Below are positions 49,257 through 58,287 of a stretch of DNA of 64,000 nucleotides, in pieces. This DNA is from Syntrophomonadaceae bacterium (GTDB taxonomy: Bacteria; Bacillota; Syntrophomonadia; Syntrophomonadales; DTU052): positions 28,392-92,391 of the forward strand of contig JAAYEQ010000026.1 in assembly GCA_012728655.1 (NCBI GenBank), given 5' to 3'. The position numbers and the translations under genes were made by a program. The stretch's first letter is position 1. The number at the start of each line of letters is the position of its first letter. The notes beneath the pieces were generated by a model. The model saw nothing but the letters and a program-made list of their open reading frames with translations, did no database searches and had not been told where the DNA came from.

Positions 49257-49908
49257 GAATGGGCTCGATCAAAGGATAAAAGCCTATTTCGATAACCTGT
49301 TTTCCGGAGTGGGAGCCAGTCAGCAATTATTCGACTTAAAGGAAGAGTTGACGATCAACATGAAAGAAAGAATAGCGGATTACCGAGCCCGGGGGATGGA
49401 CGATGAGCAGGCCTTTAAGGAGGCGATTGTATCGATGGGGGATCTGAGCGGGCTGGTCGATGATATGCGCAGACTGGGACAGGATACGGCTCGGATTAAT
49501 ATTTATTCCTCGATGGCCAACCGGATATCCGCCGGTTTCATTGTGGTAGGGGTGCTGCTGGTCCTGTTTGGCATATTTGTGATGGCCATGACCTACTTCA
49601 TGCAGATGGAGGGAGTGGCAGTTGCGGGCAACGGCATATTTGTGGTAGCCGGCGGCATGCTGTTTACCTACGGGCTGTTGACCAGGGAAACCGACAGGAA
49701 ATACGCGATGAACAAGGTGCGCGCCGCACTCTACGGGCTGTCTATCGGATCGATTTTGTTCGGGATATTTAGTGCGGCGGTTACGCATTTCTCCGTTGGT
49801 GAAACCTACGTATCCATTGCCTCGTTGATGGTTTTCTTCCTGGGGGGAGTGGGGCTGTTCCTCATACTGGCCCTGACCGGGAGTGACCGGCGCAAACCTG
49901 ACCACTGA
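49243..49908 (+). CDS. PadR-associated membrane protein
   Basis: Start ATG 49243 overlaps the padR end. Soluble helical N-terminus (FDLKEELTINMKERIADY) followed by 4 TM segments. Confidence 0.65.
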   Translation: MSGNENGLDQRIKAYFDNLFSGVGASQQLFDLKEELTINMKERIADYRARGMDDEQAFKEAIVSMGDLSGLVDDMRRLGQDTARINIYSSMANRISAGFIVVGVLLVLFGIFVMAMTYFMQMEGVAVAGNGIFVVAGGMLFTYGLLTRETDRKYAMNKVRAALYGLSIGSILFGIFSAAVTHFSVGETYVSIASLMVFFLGGVGLFLILALTGSDRRKPDH

Positions 49909-50123
49909 CGGCGTTGTCCCCTCAAAGTGATACATTTTCCGTTCAGGATCGAGTATAATTAAGCCTACTGGAAAAGAACACTAATGTATGCTCTTTCCGG
50001 GCGTTAAAGCCGAGCTTGCCAGAGGAGCAATGAAAACGGGACCGGTTTGAGTTCCCATTTTCCTGGGTTGCACGCGGTTTGCCGGACAGGTCCGGGACAA
50101 CAAGTGGTGAGGAGGAATCGATA

Positions 50124-51227
50124 TTGAATCGGGTAGAGAAGGCACTGATGCACGCGCTCTTTGTACACCTGCATCATAACATCGACAAGGCCATCGATTT
50201 TAATGAGTTCAAGCGGCTGAACCAGAAGGTTGATGCGACCTGGCCGGGAGCTCTCCTGGTAGGGCCGGATGCCAATGATGATGCAGCCGTGGTGAGGATC
50301 CCCGGTACCGAAACCCTGGTGGCGGCCAAGATGGAAAGCCACTGCAGTCCCTGTGTTCCGCGGCCTTATGACAGCGCGGCCACCGGAGCCGGTGGGGCCA
50401 TGCGGGATGTGGTGGCCATGGGAGCCCGCCCCATTTTTATTCTGGATTTTATCGGTACCCGTCCGTTGGAAGAGAAGGTTATTGTGGGCCCCTGCGGTTT
50501 TGAAGGGAAGTGCACCTGCGGCAACTGCCAGGAGATGACCAGCAAGGAGCGGCTGGATCTTATGCTCAAAGGGATCCGGGACATGGCGGCGGCCATGGAT
50601 GTGTTTGTCGCGGGCGGAGGTTTTTCCACCTCTTTCAGCGATATTGTCCCCGCGGTGGTGATCGCAGTAATAGGAAAACAGATAACGGATAAGCCCCTGA
50701 CCAAGCCGGCCAAATCGGCAGGGGATAAGATAATAATCCTGGGTGAGACCGGCACTGACGGAAACGACACCCTGTATCGAGCCGGTCTGGTATCGGAGAT
50801 GCGCCCGGCGGTAGCTCTGTTCGCCGAAGAGAGAGCGGTTATGGAGGCCAGCATAGCTGCGTTCAGAACCGGTAAGATTAAGGCCTGCTCCGACTTGGGT
50901 GCAGCCGGTATCGGGGCTGCGGTATGCGAATCGGCGCGGTTCGGCGGTCTGGGCGCCCGGGTCGACCTGGCCAAGGTGCCGACCAAAGTAGAGGATATCA
51001 CTCCGGAGGAGATACTCATCTGTGAGACCCAGGCCCGCATGGCGTTCCAGGTAGCACCCGAAGATGTGGAAGAGGTGTTGGCGGCACTCCGCTCTCAAGG
51101 CACCAAGGCGGAGGTGGTCGGCGAGATCACCAATGAAGACCGGGTGGTATTTGAATACCAGGGCCGCACCATTGCTACCATCCCCAACCGACCGTCACCG
51201 GAAGTCCTGGAGATGCTGCGCAAGTAA
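50124..51227 (+). CDS. AIR-synthase-related (PurM superfamily) protein, PurL-like single module with Cys-rich insertion
   Basis: Start moved to TTG 50124 (SD GAGGAGG). DAAVVRI...AKMESHCSPCVPRPYDSAATGAGGAMRDVVAMGARP parallels the PurL ESHNHPS...GAATGVGG..RD...MGARP block. Insertion CGFEGKCTCGNC. Confidence 0.7.
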   Translation: MNRVEKALMHALFVHLHHNIDKAIDFNEFKRLNQKVDATWPGALLVGPDANDDAAVVRIPGTETLVAAKMESHCSPCVPRPYDSAATGAGGAMRDVVAMGARPIFILDFIGTRPLEEKVIVGPCGFEGKCTCGNCQEMTSKERLDLMLKGIRDMAAAMDVFVAGGGFSTSFSDIVPAVVIAVIGKQITDKPLTKPAKSAGDKIIILGETGTDGNDTLYRAGLVSEMRPAVALFAEERAVMEASIAAFRTGKIKACSDLGAAGIGAAVCESARFGGLGARVDLAKVPTKVEDITPEEILICETQARMAFQVAPEDVEEVLAALRSQGTKAEVVGEITNEDRVVFEYQGRTIATIPNRPSPEVLEMLRK

Positions 51228-51420
51228 ATATCGGACGGTTTTCAAGCCCCTTTGCCCTCCTGAGTGTGAGCGGCGCAGGGGTTTCTGTTGTTACCGGTTT
51301 ATAAAGCCATTGACGTAGTTATAAAATCCGGCGCGTATTGAAGGAAAGGGATAGATTATTTTGTATATTATTGCTATACTTAACAGTAAGTAACCCAAAA
51401 AACAAAGAGGAGGCTCCACC

Positions 51421-53076
51421 ATGCAATCAATTAAGGAAATTTCTCTGAAAAGCTGGCCCCCTGGCGCCCCGACCGAAGCTCAGTATCCATTGGGCAAGGT
51501 CCCACTGGCTGAGTACCTCAAAATGCGCGCCCAGGAACACCCGGACAAGCCTGCCATCATTTTTTACGGTCGAACTATCACCTACCGCGAACTGGATGAA
51601 GCCAGCAACTGTCTCGCCAACTACCTCCTCCAGCAGGGAGTGAAGAAGGGCGACCGGGTTGCCCTCTTTCTCCTGAACTGCCCGCAGTACCACATTGCTC
51701 ATTATGCAGCTTGGAAGATTGGAGCCGTCGTTGCTCCCTGTTCCCCCCTGTTTAAAGAGATGGAGCTGGAGTATGAACTGAATGATGCCGGGGCGGAAAC
51801 CCTGGTAACCCTGGATGTCCTGTTCCCGGTTGTGCAGAAAGTACTGGACAAGACTCCGGTCAAACGGGTTATCACCACCAATCTGAACGATTTCCTGCCG
51901 GAAGAACCGACCCTCCCGATCACCGATGTTATGAAGATTAAGAAATCGCCCATCCCGGGAACTGCCGACCTTATGGAAATCATAGCCAATGGCGATACCC
52001 GCCCGCCGGAGGTGAAGGTTGAGCTTGATGATCTGGCCCTGCTGCAGTATACCGGAGGAACTACCGGACTGCCGAAAGGAGCCATGCTGACCCAGTTTGC
52101 GGCCCTGTTCAAGAGTGCTACCGCTTATGCCAATGCACGAGTGGTTAGGCCGGAGAGCATCGTGCTGGCGATAGCACCAATTTTCCACATTGCCGGCATG
52201 CTGGTTGGCGTGGATGCGCCTATACTTGCGGGTGCTACCGTGGTCCTCTTGGTCGGTTTTGATCCGGAAACCGCCATGATGGCAATTGACAAGTACAAGG
52301 TCAACTATTTTACCGGTACGGTGCCCATGAATGTGGCGATTATGAATCATCCCAACGTGGGCAAGTATGACCTCTCCAGCTTGAGGCTTACCCTGACCAT
52401 GTCCTTTGGCATAGCCCTGACCGAGGAGATAGCCAAGCAGTGGGCGGAGGTGACCAAGGGCGGAATCCTGGTTGAAGCCGCCTACGGATTAAGTGAAACC
52501 CACACCTTTGATACCTTTGTTCCGCTCAACAAGATAAAGTATGGAACCTGTGGCATTCCCAATGCTGAAACCGATATTCGGATATTCGATTTTAACGACC
52601 GCAGCCGTGAGCTTCCCATTGGTGAAGAAGGCGAAATCGCGGTTAAGGGTCCGGCAAACTTCAAAGGCTACTGGAATAAGCCGGAGGCAACCGCTGAGAC
52701 CCTGATCGACGGCTGGGTATATACCGGTGATGTGGGCAAATTCGACGAAGATGGGTACTTGTACTTCCTTGGCCGCCGCAAAGAGATGATCAAAGTCTCG
52801 GGGTTCTCCGTCTTCCCCGAAGAAGTTGAAATGTTGCTCTGCAAACACCCGGCAGTTGCCCAGGCAGCAGTTATCCCCAAGCCGGATCCTCATAAGGGTG
52901 AGGTCATCAAGGCTTTCATCATCTTGAAACCCGGTGTGAGTGCAACCGCCGAGGAGATCCAGGTCTGGGCCAAGCAGAATATGTCCTCCTACAAGGTCCC
53001 GGCAGAAATTGTATTTACGGATTCCTTCCCCATGTCGGGAGCGGGCAAGGTGTTGCGCCGCCTGTTGAAGCCTTAA
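51421..53076 (+). CDS. acyl-CoA synthetase (AMP-forming, FadD-like)
   Basis: LQYTGGTTGLPKGAMLT (AMP-binding motif), YGLSE, TGDVGKFDEDGYLYFLGRRKEMIKVSG. Confidence 0.9.
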   Translation: MQSIKEISLKSWPPGAPTEAQYPLGKVPLAEYLKMRAQEHPDKPAIIFYGRTITYRELDEASNCLANYLLQQGVKKGDRVALFLLNCPQYHIAHYAAWKIGAVVAPCSPLFKEMELEYELNDAGAETLVTLDVLFPVVQKVLDKTPVKRVITTNLNDFLPEEPTLPITDVMKIKKSPIPGTADLMEIIANGDTRPPEVKVELDDLALLQYTGGTTGLPKGAMLTQFAALFKSATAYANARVVRPESIVLAIAPIFHIAGMLVGVDAPILAGATVVLLVGFDPETAMMAIDKYKVNYFTGTVPMNVAIMNHPNVGKYDLSSLRLTLTMSFGIALTEEIAKQWAEVTKGGILVEAAYGLSETHTFDTFVPLNKIKYGTCGIPNAETDIRIFDFNDRSRELPIGEEGEIAVKGPANFKGYWNKPEATAETLIDGWVYTGDVGKFDEDGYLYFLGRRKEMIKVSGFSVFPEEVEMLLCKHPAVAQAAVIPKPDPHKGEVIKAFIILKPGVSATAEEIQVWAKQNMSSYKVPAEIVFTDSFPMSGAGKVLRRLLKP

Positions 53077-53296
53077 TTGGAGAGGAGCATTTGGAAATCG
53101 AGCCAGGCCTTGGAGCCTGGCTTTTATTTGAAAAACTCCCGGGCTATGTGCCCGGGAGCCCGGGAAGGCTAATACCATGATATTCCCGCTCGCTTGCGGC
53201 TCCCGTGCTGATTAAGGCGGATTTCTGGTTTGAAGTAGAGGAGAGATATGTTAAGATTTGAACGAATACATTAACAATTTAGGGAGGTTAAACGCG

Positions 53297-54079
53297 TTGA
53301 AAACATTCGAGTTATTCAACCTTAAAGGCAAGGTCGCAATCGTCACCGGCGGTTCGATTGGTCTTGGCGCCCAGATGGCGATCGGCCTGGCCGAAGCCGG
53401 AGCAAATGTTGTAGTAGCGGCTCGCAAGGTCGAACGCTGTGTTGCCCTGTGCGAGAAAATTGAAGCCGAAACCGGGGTCAGGGCCCTCCCGGTCAAGTGT
53501 GACACCAGTATCGATGAAGACTGCCAGAACCTGATTAATGCAACAGTAAAAGAGTTTGGAACCGTGGACATCCTGGTCAATAATGCCGGTATTACCTGGG
53601 GTGCCGATTCTCTCAACTACCCCATGGACAGATGGCAGAAAGTGCTGGACGTAAACCTGACCGGGCTCTTCCGGTGCAGCATGTATGCAGCCCGGGTTAT
53701 GAAGGAAAAGGGCGGCGGCAAGATAATCAACATATCATCTACGACCGGATACGGAGGGACCGCTCCCGAACACCAGGACACAGTGGCCTACAATGCGAGC
53801 AAAGGTGCGGTCATGGTTTTGACCAAGGACCTGGCAGTAAAATGGGCACGGTACAATATCCATGTCAACTGCATTGCTCCGGGACCGTTTGTAACCCACA
53901 TGACGGAGAAACACTTCGCCAACGTCGGGGAAGACGTTGTCAAGAGTGCGAATCCGCTGGGCAGATTCGGAACCGAATGGGATCTCAAAGGTGCCGTCGT
54001 ATTCCTTGCTTCCGCGGCTTCGGATTTCGTAACCGGTGCCATCATTCCGGTGGATGGCGGCAGCCACGCCTATGCTTAA
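53297..54079 (+). CDS. SDR family oxidoreductase
   Basis: Start moved to TTG 53297 (SD AGGGAGG). TGGSIGLG, NNAG, Y-x3-K (YNASKGA). Confidence 0.85.
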   Translation: MKTFELFNLKGKVAIVTGGSIGLGAQMAIGLAEAGANVVVAARKVERCVALCEKIEAETGVRALPVKCDTSIDEDCQNLINATVKEFGTVDILVNNAGITWGADSLNYPMDRWQKVLDVNLTGLFRCSMYAARVMKEKGGGKIINISSTTGYGGTAPEHQDTVAYNASKGAVMVLTKDLAVKWARYNIHVNCIAPGPFVTHMTEKHFANVGEDVVKSANPLGRFGTEWDLKGAVVFLASAASDFVTGAIIPVDGGSHAYA

Positions 54080-54100
54080 ATCAACCTAGTTTCGGACGCG

Positions 54101-54138
54101 AAAAAGCCCCCGGCTCCAACCATTCGGGGGCTTTTTGG
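54101..54138. terminator. bidirectional intrinsic terminator
   Basis: AAAAAGCCCCCG / CGGGGGCTTTTT stem with 12-nt loop, between convergent genes. Confidence 0.75.
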
Positions 54139-54146
54139 ATCCTTAC

Positions 54147-54947
54147 CTACAGGCGTTCATTAATCCAGGCAATAATGTCGGCAATGACGGTGTCTTTTGT
54201 CGGCTCGTTCATGATCTCATGATACAAGCCGTCATATATCTTGAGTGACTTGTCCTGAGACGAGATGTTCTCATAAAACCTCTTTGAATCTGCAGCCGGG
54301 ACAATTTGGTCACCGCCGCCGTGCAGTATTAGGCACGGGTATTGGAAAGCGGATTCGTTTTCGTTCAGCCAGCCTTGACCTCTGCAGAACTGGTCCAAAA
54401 GGCCCAGGGTGGTCTGTTTCAGCACCAGCGGGTCCTCCTCGTAGGCCTTGACGACTGCCGGATCACTGCTGATAAGGCTTGAGAGCGCATTGGGAATCGG
54501 TATCATCGGATCCGGCACCTCCGGAGGCAGAAGCTGCTTTAGGTTGGCGCTGTTGGTGGCCGCACCGGATAAGATGATCCCCTTAACCTTGCCGGGATAC
54601 TTGGCGCCAAAGGCGGCGGCAATGAAACCGCCCATACTGTGTCCCAGCATGAAAATCGGCAGATTCGGATTTTCTTTGGCAACAAGATCAACCATGAAGT
54701 TGGCGTCTTCGATGAGGGGCTCAAAACTGTCGAGGTGCCCCCGGGTACCCTTCGATTTTCCGTGCCCCCGGTTGTCATACCGGTATACGCTGTACCCGGC
54801 TGCGTTAAGTTTATACTTAACATAGTCGTATCGCCTGCAATGCTCAGCCATGCCGTGAACGATTAAGATCACCGCTCGGCCGGCTTCAACCGGGTCACGG
54901 GTGAAAAACAGTTCCAGGCCGTCATAAGACGGAATGTATCCGCTCAT
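54147..54947 (-). CDS. alpha/beta hydrolase (lysophospholipase/monoacylglycerol lipase-like)
   Basis: Start moved to ATG 54947 (SD GGGAGGT). Nucleophile elbow GHSMGG. HG oxyanion motif IVHGMAEH. Confidence 0.8.
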   Translation of the reverse strand: MSGYIPSYDGLELFFTRDPVEAGRAVILIVHGMAEHCRRYDYVKYKLNAAGYSVYRYDNRGHGKSKGTRGHLDSFEPLIEDANFMVDLVAKENPNLPIFMLGHSMGGFIAAAFGAKYPGKVKGIILSGAATNSANLKQLLPPEVPDPMIPIPNALSSLISSDPAVVKAYEEDPLVLKQTTLGLLDQFCRGQGWLNENESAFQYPCLILHGGGDQIVPAADSKRFYENISSQDKSLKIYDGLYHEIMNEPTKDTVIADIIAWINERL

Positions 54948-55382
54948 GTTCCTACCTCCCATCCGGTAAATTCAAGTTTACCCTTCAGCATTAAGAACCC
55001 GCCACCTCCTCCCGAAAATGAATTTGTTATTGTGCAAGAGCAATTATCGTACTGTCATATTGCCATAATTAGGCATTATTAACAATACAGAACAGCACTT
55101 ATTTGGCTGGAAAATCGGCGACGCGGTGTGGAATGAACTTGGAAAATTGTTTGACCCAGCAGAAAACTTGTGATAAAGTTTGTTTACTTCACGGGTCCTC
55201 ATTGGCAAGCTCGGACTCAAGCAGCACCCCGTCTAATCGGCATCCGTGCCTCAAAGGCTTATCGTGTGAACTACTTACGCTCGGCGGCTTTACGGCCCCG
55301 ATTTCGCAGGGTGTTTCTCGATTCGGAGCCAACGGTCGTCGCAATGGACTTTTTTGACAACATATCTGGGGAGGGATTGATT

Positions 55383-55871
55383 TTGGGAAGGAACCTCCTA
55401 ATAGCCGTTTTGCTGTCGGCAATTGTTGTGATCAGTGGTTGTCAGTGGAAACACGAGCAGGTTACTCATGAACAGGAGCAGGTTACTCATGAACAGGAGC
55501 AGGTTACTCATGAACAGGAGCAAGTGGCTTACAAGGAGATAAGCCCCCAGGAAGCTCTGGCTTTAATGGAAGAGGATCTGAACGTCATCCTGCTGGATGT
55601 CCGAACTGAAGAGGAATTTCAGGAGAAACATATCCCCGGCAGCGTTCTTATCCCTGATTATGAATTGGCTGAGTTGGCGGCTCAAATGCTGCCCGATAAA
55701 GATGCCACCATCCTGGTGTATTGCCGTACGGGGCGGAGAAGTGAAGCCGCCTCCCGGCAGTTGATCGAGATGGGATATACCAGGGTTTACGACCTTGGGG
55801 GTATTGTCGACTGGCCGTATGATACGGTGTCGGGACGAGACCCTTCCACGGAGTATTCTTCCAAACCCTGA
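55383..55871 (+). CDS. rhodanese-domain lipoprotein with EQVTHEQ tandem repeat linker
   Basis: Preferred start TTG 55383 (SD GGGGAGGGA 6 nt upstream); ATG 55344 is possible. Lipobox ISGC. Rhodanese active-site loop YCRTGRRS. Confidence 0.75.
   Translation: MGRNLLIAVLLSAIVVISGCQWKHEQVTHEQEQVTHEQEQVTHEQEQVAYKEISPQEALALMEEDLNVILLDVRTEEEFQEKHIPGSVLIPDYELAELAAQMLPDKDATILVYCRTGRRSEAASRQLIEMGYTRVYDLGGIVDWPYDTVSGRDPSTEYSSKP
55455..55530 (+). repeat. 21-bp in-frame tandem repeat, about 3.5 copies
   Basis: GAGCAGGTTACTCATGAACAG occurs three times exactly (55455-55517), followed by a diverged partial copy. Encodes (EQVTHEQ)n. Confidence 0.95.
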
Positions 55872-55958
55872 TGGTACTGCCGGCTCCGAAGAAAGATGGC
55901 GGAGTGTTATAATCATGATAATGATAAGCTTTGTTAACGCTTGTTGGAAGGTGATCCC

Positions 55959-56636
55959 ATGTGCGGACGCTACTCTCTTATTATCGGGATGGAACAACTT
56001 GTAAAGCGGTTTGGTATCGGCGAGGAGGAAACAGGGTGGGCTCCGCGCTACAATGTGGCACCGACGCAGACCATGCCGGTGGTGATAGCGCAGGATGGAA
56101 GTCGTGAACTACGGATGATGCAGTGGGGGCTGATACCTTTTTGGGCCAAAGACAGGAGTATCGGCAGCCGTCTCATCAATGCCCGGATGGAAACGGTGGC
56201 GGAGAAACCCGCCTTCAAATATGCTTTCCGCTGGCGGCGATGCCTGGTTCCGGCGGATGGTTATTATGAGTGGCAGAAAACAGGCGCCGGGAAGCAACCT
56301 CTGCGCATTGTCCGACCCGATAATCAGCCGTTTGCCATGGCGGGTCTGTGGGAGCAGTGGCAGGATCCGAATGGCGGCCTTATTTTTTCTTACACTATCC
56401 TGACAACGACTCCCACTGCATCGGTTAAACATATTCATAACCGGATGCCGCTGATACTCAACCCTGAACAGGAGGATTACTGGTTGTACGGGCTCCGGGG
56501 AACAACGACCGCGGAGATAGATGCATTTTTAAAAAATCTGTGGTCACCTCCCGAATTAACATCCTATCCGGTGTCGAACCGGGTTAACAACCCCCGCAAC
56601 GATGACCCCTTCTGTATATTACCCCTTCAGCTTTAG
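55959..56636 (+). CDS. SOS response-associated peptidase (SRAP/YedK, abasic-site processing)
   Basis: Start moved to ATG 55959 (SD GGAAGGTG), giving the obligatory MCGRY N-terminus. FAMAGLWE and HNRMPLIL motifs. Confidence 0.9.
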   Translation: MCGRYSLIIGMEQLVKRFGIGEEETGWAPRYNVAPTQTMPVVIAQDGSRELRMMQWGLIPFWAKDRSIGSRLINARMETVAEKPAFKYAFRWRRCLVPADGYYEWQKTGAGKQPLRIVRPDNQPFAMAGLWEQWQDPNGGLIFSYTILTTTPTASVKHIHNRMPLILNPEQEDYWLYGLRGTTTAEIDAFLKNLWSPPELTSYPVSNRVNNPRNDDPFCILPLQL

Positions 56637-56828
56637 CAGTGGTCGGGTCTCGCCGATACATCCCGTGATGTCAATCCGCCGGGTGCAAGTAGATTCAACA
56701 GAATTGTCTCAAAATTTAACACTTTTACCTATTCAATCTGGTTCATTTCGAGTTATACTTTAATTTAGGACGATGATCGTAAAAAGAATACACACGGTGT
56801 CGTGAATACAGCTTTGTGGGGGAATTGT

Positions 56829-58154
56829 ATGTATAAAAAGTGGCAGGAGATGTACAAGTCCAAGCTGGTTACTGCAGAGGAAGCGGCGGCGATGATCCGC
56901 GACGGAGAGGTGATTAGTTCAGCCTTTGGCAACGGTCAGCCGGTTGCACTGTTTGATGCTATCCGCAAGCGGGTTATGGAGGGCAAGTTGCATAAACCGA
57001 CAATTTTGGCGGCCAGCATGACGGACAGCATGCCGTTGATGGACCCGGAGATTGAGGACCGAATTGAGTTCGACTCGTTCTTCGTCAAAAGCGAGAGGGC
57101 AAGAATTAAAGAAGGTTACTACACCCACACCCCGAACAAGTTCAGCGACCTGGAGAAGATATCTTCGCGGGGCCTGCGCTCGGTGCAGGTTTCGGTTCTA
57201 AGGGTTTCTCCCATGGACAACCACGGGTTTTTCAGCACCGGAATCAATGTGGACTTCGGCTGGGATATCGCGAGATCGAATCCCAACCGCCGATTGTTGA
57301 TGGTGGAAGTCAACAAATACATGCCCCGGACTTACGGCAGCAACCACGTTCATATCTCGGAAGTTGATGCGGTCATTGAGTATGACCTGCCTCTGATTGA
57401 AGAGTCAGAACCGCCAACCAAGAAGGAATGGGAGACGATAGGTCATTACATTGCAGAGATGGTTCCGGACGGGGCCACCCTGCAGTTGGGAGTCGGCGGT
57501 ATCCCGGCGGCGGTGGGGCGCTGCCTGATGGACAAGCGCGACCTGGGGGTGCATACCGAGGTTATACCGGAGGTTTACCTGGATCTATATGAGGCCGGGG
57601 TCATTACCAGCCGCAAAAAGACCTTCATGCCCTATAAGTGGGTGGCGGCTTTCGCCAACGGCACCAGGAGGCTCTATGATTTTGTGAACGAGAACCCCAT
57701 GGTGGAGATGCACGGCTGCGGTTTTGTCAATGACCCGTACATCATTGCCCAGAACGACAACATGATCTCCGTCAATGCCACCCTGCAGATTGACCTTACA
57801 GGTCAATGCGCCTCCGAGGCCATCGGACCGGTTCAGTTTGCGTCCACCGGGGGACAGCTTGATTTTGTTCAGGGGGCTTGGCTTTCCAAGGGAGGCAAGT
57901 CCTTCATATGCCTGGAGTCGACCTTCGTGGACAAGAACGGGGAAAGAAAGTCCAAAATCGTTCCCCAGCTTTATCCCGGCAGCTTCGTAACCACCCCTCG
58001 AACCGAGGTTCACTGGGTGGTCACCGAATACGGCGCGGTCCTCCTTAAAGGCCAAAGCATCAGGACCCGCGTAAAGAACCTGATCTCTATTGCTCACCCG
58101 GACTTCCGCGACGAGTTGATGTTTGAAGCCAAGAAGATGGGATATCTGAGATAA
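56829..58154 (+). CDS. acetyl-CoA hydrolase/transferase family protein (4-hydroxybutyrate/butyryl-CoA:acetate CoA-transferase-like)
   Basis: Start moved to ATG 56829. LVTAEEAAAMIRDGEVI...LQLGVGGIPAAV...VNATLQIDLTGQ...GGQLDF. Confidence 0.85.
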   Translation: MYKKWQEMYKSKLVTAEEAAAMIRDGEVISSAFGNGQPVALFDAIRKRVMEGKLHKPTILAASMTDSMPLMDPEIEDRIEFDSFFVKSERARIKEGYYTHTPNKFSDLEKISSRGLRSVQVSVLRVSPMDNHGFFSTGINVDFGWDIARSNPNRRLLMVEVNKYMPRTYGSNHVHISEVDAVIEYDLPLIEESEPPTKKEWETIGHYIAEMVPDGATLQLGVGGIPAAVGRCLMDKRDLGVHTEVIPEVYLDLYEAGVITSRKKTFMPYKWVAAFANGTRRLYDFVNENPMVEMHGCGFVNDPYIIAQNDNMISVNATLQIDLTGQCASEAIGPVQFASTGGQLDFVQGAWLSKGGKSFICLESTFVDKNGERKSKIVPQLYPGSFVTTPRTEVHWVVTEYGAVLLKGQSIRTRVKNLISIAHPDFRDELMFEAKKMGYLR

Positions 58155-58213
58155 GAGTCAACCGGGGAAGCAAGGGATTGTCGCCTTGCTTCCCCGCTGT
58201 CATAAACAAAAGT

Positions 58214-58255
58214 GCCGGTTCAGAACCAGCGAGGCCGACTGAACCGGCTTTTTTG
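58214..58255. terminator. bidirectional intrinsic terminator
   Basis: GCCGGTTCAG / CTGAACCGGC stem followed by TTTTTTGTT. On the other strand the hairpin is followed by ACTTTTGTTTAT. A second hairpin GGGGAAGCAAGG/CCTTGCTTCCCC lies at 58164-58195. Confidence 0.7.
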
Positions 58256-58287
58256 TTCGAGAAAAAAATGATAAGTTCGGCCGCGGT

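Noticed and set aside
50004-51098. 364-aa minus-strand ORF
   Set aside because: It is antisense to the PurL-like gene, has Arg/Gly/His-rich low-complexity translation, and has no SD.
55455-55530. Direct repeats as a possible CRISPR or minisatellite
   Set aside because: The repeats are contiguous with no spacers, in frame, and inside a coding sequence, so this is a protein-level tandem repeat.
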